Part shown: positions 38,638 to 45,472 of the stretch, in pieces
Layout of the letters: every line of letters begins with the position of its first letter
How positions within the stretch are numbered: position 1 is the stretch's first letter
Assembly (NCBI GenBank): GCA_029936875.1
Contig: JAPYRS010000005.1
Span: 1 to 45,472, forward strand
From: Alphaproteobacteria bacterium
GTDB taxonomy: Bacteria > Pseudomonadota > Alphaproteobacteria > SHVP01
DNA: 45,472 bases
Direction of reading: 5' to 3'
The notes under the pieces: generated by a model
What the model was told of the DNA's origin: nothing
The model's database searches: none
The model's input: only the letters and a program-made list of their open reading frames with translations
Translations under genes and position numbers: made by a program

Positions 38638-40203
38638 ATGAATTTATCGCGCAGTATCGCCACTGTCGGCAGCCTGACGATGGTCAGTCGCATTTTCGGT
38701 TTTGCGCGCGACATTCTGATTGCCTCCACGCTCGGCGCCGGGTTGTTGTCGGACGCCTTCTTTGTAGCCTTCAAGATTCCCAACTTTTTTCGACGGCTGT
38801 TTGCCGAAGGGGCGTTTAACGCGGCCTTCGTTCCGCTGTTTTCAGGATTGATGACCACCGATGGCCGCGACGCGGCGCGCGCCTTTGCGGGCCAGGTGCT
38901 TGCCGTCATGCTGGTGACGCTGTTCATTTTTGTGACGGCGATGCAGATCCTGATGCCGTGGGTCATGTACGGCCTCGCGCCGGGGTTCGTCACGTCACCG
39001 GAAAAATTTGATCTGACGGTCGAGCTCACGCGCCTCACCTTCCCCTATCTGCTTTTCATCAGCCTGGTGTCGTTGATGGGCGGCATTTTGAATAGTGCCG
39101 GACGTTTTGCGGCGGCGGCGGCAACCCCGATTTTGCTCAATATCACATTGATCGGCGCGCTTTTATTTGTAGCGCCGTACCTTCCGACCGAAGGCCACGC
39201 ACTCGCATGGGGCGTTGCCGTTGCTGGCATGGTGCAGTTCGCTTGGCTGATGGTCGCAAGCCACCGCGCCGGTTTAAGCCTGCGCCTGCCGCGACCCCGT
39301 CTCACCCCGCGGGTGCGACAACTTTTGTGGTTGATGCTGCCGGGGGTGATCGGCGCCGGTGTCGTGCAGATCAATCTGCTTGCCGACATCGTCATTGCTT
39401 CGTTGCTGCCGGAAGGCTCGATCTCGTTTCTCTACTTTGCCGACCGGGTCACGCAACTGCCGCTTGGCGTCATTGGTGTGGCTGTCGGCACGGCGCTGCT
39501 GCCGCTGCTGTCCCGCCACGTTGCCGCTGGTAATGAAAAGGCCGCCGCCAACAGCCAGAACCGGGCAATTGAGACGGCGCTTTTGTTCACCCTTCCGGCG
39601 GCGGCGGCGCTTCTCGTGATCTCGCCGCAAATTGTGACCACGTTATTTGAGCGCGGTGCTTTTGACGCAACCACGTCGGCAGCAACGGCGGCAGCACTGA
39701 TGGCCTACTCGGCGGGGCTTCCGGCATACGTTTTGATCAAGGTTCTGACGCCCGGATATTTCGCCCGGAAGGACACCAAGACGCCGGTCAAAATTGCTGT
39801 GGTCAGCATGGTCGTGAACCTCGCGCTTAATCTGATCCTGATGGGGCCGCTGCTGCATGTGGGCTTAGCCCTGGCAACCGCGATTTCCGCCTGGCTCAAC
39901 GTGGTTCTGCTGGCGATTGGCCTTCGCCGCCGCGGCTACTTGGCAATGGATTCTCGCCTGACCTCACGAATGTCGCGCGTGGCTATCAGCGCCGCTGTGA
40001 TGGCGGTGGCCTTGTGGGGCATACATCAGGGCCTTGCCGAATGGTCCGAGGGCTCGAACAGCGCGGGCATATTCGAGCTCGCGATTCTGGTGATGGGCGG
40101 CGCGCTTGTCTTTGGCGTAGCCGCACAAATTACTGGCGCGGCCCGGTTCAGTGAACTCCGTGGTCTTCTCGGTCGCAATCGGACGCCGCCGACGGCCGGA
40201 TAA
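38638..40203 (+). CDS. murJ: Lipid II flippase MurJ (MviN)
   Basis: SRIFGFARD, DAFFVAFKIPNFFRRLFAEGAF.AAFVP, ADR..QLPLG, FERGAF, FARKDTKTP. Confidence 0.97.
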   Translation: MNLSRSIATVGSLTMVSRIFGFARDILIASTLGAGLLSDAFFVAFKIPNFFRRLFAEGAFNAAFVPLFSGLMTTDGRDAARAFAGQVLAVMLVTLFIFVTAMQILMPWVMYGLAPGFVTSPEKFDLTVELTRLTFPYLLFISLVSLMGGILNSAGRFAAAAATPILLNITLIGALLFVAPYLPTEGHALAWGVAVAGMVQFAWLMVASHRAGLSLRLPRPRLTPRVRQLLWLMLPGVIGAGVVQINLLADIVIASLLPEGSISFLYFADRVTQLPLGVIGVAVGTALLPLLSRHVAAGNEKAAANSQNRAIETALLFTLPAAAALLVISPQIVTTLFERGAFDATTSAATAAALMAYSAGLPAYVLIKVLTPGYFARKDTKTPVKIAVVSMVVNLALNLILMGPLLHVGLALATAISAWLNVVLLAIGLRRRGYLAMDSRLTSRMSRVAISAAVMAVALWGIHQGLAEWSEGSNSAGIFELAILVMGGALVFGVAAQITGAARFSELRGLLGRNRTPPTAG

Positions 40204-40227
40204 GACGTGACAACTTCACGCCCATTC

Positions 40228-40257
40228 TTGACCGCGCCCGCATTGCAGGATTACAAC
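40228..40257 (+). promoter_or_regulatory. Possible sigma70 promoter of trpS
   Basis: TTGACC-N18-TACAAC upstream of a GAGGGG RBS. Confidence 0.4.
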
Positions 40258-40313
40258 GCCCTCGATTCGGGGCTCAAGAATAATGACGCCCAGTCGAGGG
40301 GACGACAGACAAC

Positions 40314-41312
40314 ATGAACCGCATCTTTTCCGGCATTCAGCCGACCGGCAATCTGCATCTCGGCAATTACCTCGGCGCAATCCGCAACTGGGTTCGCCTG
40401 CAGGCCGATTACGAATGCATTTACTGCGTCGTCGATCTTCATGCGATCACCATGCCGACCGAACCGGCTGAACTACGCGCCAACACCCGCGAAGCAGCGG
40501 CAAGTCTTCTCGCCGCCGGCATCGACGGCAAAAGCAACATTTTGTTTAATCAAAGTCAGGTACCGGCGCACGCTGAACTCGCCTGGATTTTCAATTGCAT
40601 TGCCCGCCTCGGCTGGCTCAACCGAATGACACAGTTCAAGGAAAAGTCCGGCAAGCACAAAGACAATGCGAGCGTTGGACTTTACGTCTACCCGACGTTG
40701 ATGGCGGCTGACATTCTTCTCTATAAGGCGACGCATGTTCCGGTCGGGGAAGACCAGAGGCAGCACCTCGAACTGATGCGGGATATCGCGCAGTCGTTTA
40801 ACTCTGCTTACGGCGTCGAATTTTTCCCGATTACAGAACCGTTGATCATGGGTGAAGCGACGCGGGTGATGTCACTGCGCGACGGCTCAAACAAAATGAG
40901 CAAGTCTGATGCGTCCGACTATTCGCGTATCAACCTCACCGACAGCCCGGACGAGATCGCAAAAAAGATTCGCAAAGCCCGTACCGACCCGGAACCGCTA
41001 CCGGGTGAGGTGAAGGGTTTGGAAGGCCGTCCGGAAGCCGACAATCTGGTTGGCATTTTTGCATCGCTCGCCGATATTTCCCGCGCCGATGTTTGCACCC
41101 GATTTGGCGGTGCGACATTCTCCGCGTTCAAGGATGAATTGGCGGCGCTGGCGATCGATACGCTTTCGCCGATCACCGCCGAGATGCGCCGGCTGATGGA
41201 TGATCCCGGTTATGTCGACGGCATTTTATCTGACGGTGCCAAACGGGCCGAACAGATGGCATTGCCAATATTGGCGGAAATCAAGGAAATTGTCGGCTTT
41301 TTGCAGCGCTAA
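40314..41312 (+). CDS. trpS: Tryptophan--tRNA ligase
   Basis: [48 protein letters not shown]. Confidence 0.98.
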   Translation: MNRIFSGIQPTGNLHLGNYLGAIRNWVRLQADYECIYCVVDLHAITMPTEPAELRANTREAAASLLAAGIDGKSNILFNQSQVPAHAELAWIFNCIARLGWLNRMTQFKEKSGKHKDNASVGLYVYPTLMAADILLYKATHVPVGEDQRQHLELMRDIAQSFNSAYGVEFFPITEPLIMGEATRVMSLRDGSNKMSKSDASDYSRINLTDSPDEIAKKIRKARTDPEPLPGEVKGLEGRPEADNLVGIFASLADISRADVCTRFGGATFSAFKDELAALAIDTLSPITAEMRRLMDDPGYVDGILSDGAKRAEQMALPILAEIKEIVGFLQR

Positions 41313-41437
41313 TTATGCCCGGCCCTTGATCCGGGCGCCTCTGCTCCATACTTCAAGAGAAGAATAATTTCCGCGGCCGTCCCGTCAATTGTCGATCGGC
41401 GACGCGGGTTTGGGAGTGACCGGAAGCTTCGCCCACC

Positions 41438-42487
41438 ATGACTGATCCCCTGAATGATCCCGTGAATGATCCGTACGGCGCCCAACCGATCGGCGCCGAC
41501 ATTTACGATGTCGCCGAAAAGAAGACCGGACGGCTTGGACGGGTCGGGCGAATCTTTGGTGGCCGAGGTCGAGCCACGGGACGGCGGCGCTGGTGGTTGC
41601 GCGGGTTTCTCGCGCTGTTGGTCTTCGCGCTGCTCTACTACCCGATCGGCATGATCATCATGCACACCATCGATGCCGATCTTGATTTCACCGCATCGAC
41701 CAAAGCCGGTGGCAGTCATACCGTTGCTATTGCGGCGGCCCTGATCGACCGCGAAGTGAATGTGCATGGCTGGCGGGCGAACGATCCGTTTTTTATTCCG
41801 TCATCGCAGCTCGATAACATGCCGAATTTTCAACAGGGCATGATTGCCTCGCTCGCGCGATTTGCTTTTGAGCTGACCGATCAGGTTGGCCGGACGCGCG
41901 GCTCAAGCCAGGCTGATACTGATCTCCAGGAAGCCGCCGGGTTGTTGCAATATTCCGGCACCAAATGGGTGTTCGACTTCTCAACCTCGGTCGCGCCGAC
42001 GGCAACGTCGGAAGCGCAGTACCGGAAAGCGCGTCGTTCGCTTCTCGCCTACAACGCGCGGCTGGTTGCAGGCGACGCTGTTTTCGAACGCCGCTCCGAC
42101 AATCTTCTCGCCACGCTTGACCGGATCGCAGCCGACCTTGGCTCGTCATCGGCGGTGCTGGAAAAGCGGTTGATCGAAGGACCGGCGCTTTTCGATACCA
42201 AGGCCGACGATATTTTCTACGGCGTGAAGGGGCAGCTCTACGGCTATTACATGTTGCTGCGCGAACTTCGGAACGATTTTTCCAAGGTCATCTCCGAGCG
42301 TGAACTCGACACCTCGTGGGATCAATTGATGCATTCGATGGGTCAGGGGGCCTCTCTGGAGCCCTGGGTGGTGACCAACGGCGCCCCTGATTCTCAGGCG
42401 ATTCCGAGCCATTTGGCATCACAGGGATTTTTTCTCTTGCGGGCGCGCACGCAACTGCGTGAAATCACTAATATCCTGCTGAAGTAG
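41438..42487 (+). CDS. DUF2333 family protein (single N-terminal TM)
   Basis: W.ANDPF, LDNMPNFQQG, GRTRGSSQ.D.DL, R.DNL, ADDIFY.VKG, P..V.NG, HLA..GF.LLRA. Confidence 0.85.
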   Translation: MTDPLNDPVNDPYGAQPIGADIYDVAEKKTGRLGRVGRIFGGRGRATGRRRWWLRGFLALLVFALLYYPIGMIIMHTIDADLDFTASTKAGGSHTVAIAAALIDREVNVHGWRANDPFFIPSSQLDNMPNFQQGMIASLARFAFELTDQVGRTRGSSQADTDLQEAAGLLQYSGTKWVFDFSTSVAPTATSEAQYRKARRSLLAYNARLVAGDAVFERRSDNLLATLDRIAADLGSSSAVLEKRLIEGPALFDTKADDIFYGVKGQLYGYYMLLRELRNDFSKVISERELDTSWDQLMHSMGQGASLEPWVVTNGAPDSQAIPSHLASQGFFLLRARTQLREITNILLK

Positions 42488-42571
42488 CCGGGCGGAAGCG
42501 GCGGTTTGGCCGCTCAAGCATCAGGCACCAGACATCAGGCTTGTGGGGCGGAACAGGGATAGGGGCGACCG

Positions 42572-43051
42572 ATGAGCGAGGGCATTACCGGACTGCGGAA
42601 GTTTCTCGTGGTTGTCGACGATACGCCGGAATGTCACCTGGCGCTTCGTTTTGCCGCCAGACGGGCGAAACACACCGGCGGCGGCTTGACTCTTTTGCGC
42701 GTCCATTTTCCAGCCGATTTTCAGCATTGGCTCGCCGTCGAGGAACGGATGCGGGAAGAGGCGCTGGAGGAATCCGAGCAGCTTTTGCAAAAACTGGCGG
42801 CGTCGGTTTACGAGATGGTGGAGATCCGGCCGGAACTTATCGTTCGCGAAGGGGACCCGCGCGATGAGATTTTGGGCGTCATCGAGGGTGACCCCGATAT
42901 TCGAATCCTCGTCTTAGGCGCCGGCACTGATTCGGAAGGGCCGGGGCCGCTGGTCAGTCTTCTCGCTGGAAAAATGGCCGGAACCATGCAGATTCCGGTG
43001 ACGGTGGTGCCGGGTAATCTCACTGAAGCGCAGGTCGATGAACTGACGTAG
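42572..43051 (+). CDS. Universal stress protein (UspA family)
   Basis: RKFLVVVDDTPEC..A..FA.RRA, REG, ILVLGA....GPGPLV, IPVTVVPG. Typical trpS-usp-nifU synteny. Confidence 0.92.
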   Translation: MSEGITGLRKFLVVVDDTPECHLALRFAARRAKHTGGGLTLLRVHFPADFQHWLAVEERMREEALEESEQLLQKLAASVYEMVEIRPELIVREGDPRDEILGVIEGDPDIRILVLGAGTDSEGPGPLVSLLAGKMAGTMQIPVTVVPGNLTEAQVDELT

Positions 43052-43215
43052 ATGCTTGAATCCGCTGAATTTGTCCCGGAATCTGCGAATTTTTACGCGC
43101 AATTTGCCGTGTCTAGGTGCCACGAAGGAGCGCACCGGACGGCGGGATCGGCCTAAGTGAACAAATATAAGGGTTTTTCAGGGTAGCCTCGAGGAATGAC
43201 CCTACTCAGGTTGCG

Positions 43216-43243
43216 CTTGAATTCATCCGCAACCACCCCAATT
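43216..43243 (+). promoter_or_regulatory. Putative sigma32-type promoter of the nfu gene
   Basis: CTTGAA-N14-CCCCAATT, close to the sigma32 consensus CTTGAA-N13-15-CCCCATnT. Confidence 0.5.
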
Positions 43244-43284
43244 ATGGTCATCAATTCAGATTTTTCTGCGACGAGGATCCGCGC

Positions 43285-43836
43285 ATGTTTATTCAGACCG
43301 AAGCCACGCCCAATCCGGAAACCCTAAAGTTTCTTCCCGGCGTCGACGTTATGGGAACCGGTACCGCAAATTTTCCCTCCGTTGCGGATGCGGGAGGCTC
43401 GCCTTTGGCGCGCCGGCTTTTTGAATCTGGCGATGTAACGGGCGTTTTCTTCGGCGCCGATTTTATAACCGTCACCAAGTCGCCGGGGTCCGATTGGCTG
43501 AACCTGAAGCCGTCAATTCTCGGCGTAATCATGGAGCATCTCTCGGCCGGTCTTCCGGTCATTGATGAGAATGCTGTGACCGCAGCTCCGGGCGACAGCG
43601 GCGAAGATTCAGAGATCGTCGGCCAGATCAAGGAACTGCTCGACACCCGCGTACGACCAGCGGTTGCGCAGGACGGCGGCGATATCGTGTTTCAGGGATT
43701 TGAGGATGGTGTGGTTTCTTTGCACATGCAGGGGTCCTGCGCTGGATGTCCGTCTTCGACGATGACGTTAAAACATGGGATCGAGAACCTGTTACGGCAT
43801 TACATTCCCGAAGTCGTTGAAGTACGGCAGGTTTAG
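43285..43836 (+). CDS. NifU/Nfu-type Fe-S cluster carrier (Nfu_N + NifU-C domains)
   Basis: MFIQTE.TPNP.TLKFLPG, FITVTK, RVRPAVAQDGGDI, MQGSCAGCPSS..TLK.GIENLL. Confidence 0.95.
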   Translation: MFIQTEATPNPETLKFLPGVDVMGTGTANFPSVADAGGSPLARRLFESGDVTGVFFGADFITVTKSPGSDWLNLKPSILGVIMEHLSAGLPVIDENAVTAAPGDSGEDSEIVGQIKELLDTRVRPAVAQDGGDIVFQGFEDGVVSLHMQGSCAGCPSSTMTLKHGIENLLRHYIPEVVEVRQV

Positions 43837-43958
43837 AGCGGGCCGCCCAAGCCTTTCGACAATTCGATCTAAATTTATTTTTTGTCCCCGGCATCTTGCC
43901 GGTGGGTATTCCTTTGACTATGGTCCGGCAACTTTTGTGACCGGCAGATAATATTCGT

Positions 43959-44981
43959 ATGTCGCTAGGCTCAGGCGTTTCGAGAGACAGATTTCAGGGT
44001 GCCGTGTTTGGCCTCCTCGCTGTCACCATTGTCGCAACATATGCGGCTTCCTTTGCAGGTGTTGAGTTTGCTGTCGCGGCGCGTACCGACGCTGACGAGA
44101 TCGTTGCGCGTGCGCTGACGCGTTCGGTCGTTGTTGCGCCCGGCATTCCGGCGCTGACCGGACCGGCGGTGCAAAGTTTGGCGGCGCTCGCCAAAGACGT
44201 CTCCGATCCAGTTCTGATCAGAAGTTCCAAAGGTCTGATCGAAAAGTTTTCGGAAGTTGGTTACTGGCTTTCGGCAGTTCAGCAGGGTGACGCGGAAGTC
44301 CCGCGTCTCTACCTCACCAGCCTGCCGCGGGACCTGCCGGAACTGACGTCGGTCAAAGCGCGCAAGGAACTTTATATTTCGCTGCTTTTGCCGCTCGTGC
44401 TGCGGGCCAACGAAAGCATTTTGGAAGACCGCCGTCGCGCCGGAGGGCACATCGCGCGGCTTCGTGAAGGCAAACGTCTCGGCACCACGGACGCCGCCTG
44501 GCTCACTGATCTTATGCAGAAACATGGCATCGAAGAGGGCAAGTATGACGAACTCATGACTCGGGTCGACGTTGTGCCGCCGTCACTCGCGATCGCCCAG
44601 TCGATTGAAGAATCGGGTTGGGGAACCTCGCGATTTGCGTTGCAAGGCAATGCCGTCTTTGGCCAATGGACGTTTTCTGTGGGCAAAGGCATTGTCCCCG
44701 CCAATCGGGATTCCGGTGCGACCCACGAGGTACGGCGCTTCGACCATTTGCAGCAGTCGGTCCGGATGTATATCGAGAATCTAAACCGCCACCGTGCCTA
44801 CCGTGAATTTCGGGCGGAGCGGGCAGAGATGCGGGAACGCGGCGAGCCGCTTAGTGGGTTGGCGCTCACTAGAACCCTGACCCGGTATTCGCAGCGCGGC
44901 CAGGAATATGTCGAGACGCTTTACACGATCATGCGCAGCAACGCGCTCGACAGCCTCGATTCGGCCAAACTCGAAAACTAA
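43959..44981 (+). CDS. Glucosaminidase-domain (Bax-like, GH73) peptidoglycan hydrolase with N-terminal TM
   Basis: RK..I..LLP.V...NE.I..DR, RVDVVP.SLAIAQS..ESGWGTSRFA..GNA.FGQW, NLNRH.AY, YS.RG..YV. Confidence 0.9.
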   Translation: MSLGSGVSRDRFQGAVFGLLAVTIVATYAASFAGVEFAVAARTDADEIVARALTRSVVVAPGIPALTGPAVQSLAALAKDVSDPVLIRSSKGLIEKFSEVGYWLSAVQQGDAEVPRLYLTSLPRDLPELTSVKARKELYISLLLPLVLRANESILEDRRRAGGHIARLREGKRLGTTDAAWLTDLMQKHGIEEGKYDELMTRVDVVPPSLAIAQSIEESGWGTSRFALQGNAVFGQWTFSVGKGIVPANRDSGATHEVRRFDHLQQSVRMYIENLNRHRAYREFRAERAEMRERGEPLSGLALTRTLTRYSQRGQEYVETLYTIMRSNALDSLDSAKLEN

Positions 44982-45015
44982 AACTAGAATATTTTGAATC
45001 GGTGAGTTGGCGGGG

Positions 45016-45472
45016 TTAGGCCTTGTCTTCTGCGGCTTTTCGCGCTTGCGCGACGGCCGAAGCAGCACCGTCCCGGATCAAAAGCGCGTCCGCGGCGACC
45101 ACGGCAAAATCATAGCCGCGCCCGAATAATCTCCCGCCGCCGCCCGGCGCCGGATTAATGCCACCCATAAAGGCACCGCTTGCCTTGATCTCCGTTTCGG
45201 CGCGCGCTTGCTCCGCCTTTACCGCCGGGTCGCCGAATTCGCCGAGCTTTCCAACATCGCCGGAGAGATCGAGCGGGCCAACAAACAGCATATCCACGCC
45301 GTCGACCGCCGCAATTTCGCCGGCCCGATCGATCGCCGAAGACGATTCAATCTGGCAGATGATCAACAGGTGGTCGTCGATCGAGTCGCGGGAGTCTTTC
45401 CCCCGCGCGCCAAAGTCTGCCGCCCTTGAAAGCGAAAACGCGGCCCCTCTCGTGCCATGCGGGGGGTAGCTG
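45016..45472 (-). CDS. HpcH/HpaI aldolase/citrate lyase family protein, 5'-truncated by the window edge
   Basis: Frame open to the window end: YPPHGTRG, CQIES, IAAVDGVDMLFVGPLDLS. Confidence 0.9.
   Translation of the reverse strand, partial: SYPPHGTRGAAFSLSRAADFGARGKDSRDSIDDHLLIICQIESSSAIDRAGEIAAVDGVDMLFVGPLDLSGDVGKLGEFGDPAVKAEQARAETEIKASGAFMGGINPAPGGGGRLFGRGYDFAVVAADALLIRDGAASAVAQARKAAEDKA

Overview
This is a GC-rich alphaproteobacterial chromosomal segment that looks Rhodospirillales-like, judged from gene content and order. Most of it is conserved core: nth, DUF2244, ada-like, dapB, hrcA-grpE-dnaK-dnaJ, rph-rdgB-hemW, lpoA-like/rsmI-yraN-BON-sirB1-gshB, olsB-like, mutS, glnD-murJ-trpS-DUF2333-usp-nfu, a glucosaminidase and a partial HpcH aldolase. 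Two accessory stretches interrupt it. The first (about 19.2-26.8 kb) holds a CopD-like membrane protein, DUF2141, a hidden EamA remnant, an amidase, three tandem paralogous uncharacterised ~6-TM proteins with HemJ/DUF2269-like His and Lys motifs, an orphan YejA-like binding protein and a methyltransferase. The second (about 31.2-35.5 kb) holds four EamA transporters and a Gly/Asn-rich orphan. Three pseudogenes and many short tandem duplications at gene ends and promoters are visible, including a 4x15-bp array that appears to split a candidate mutS promoter. I saw no rRNA, tRNA, CRISPR array, transposase or integrase. All family calls come from motif recognition, not database searches.
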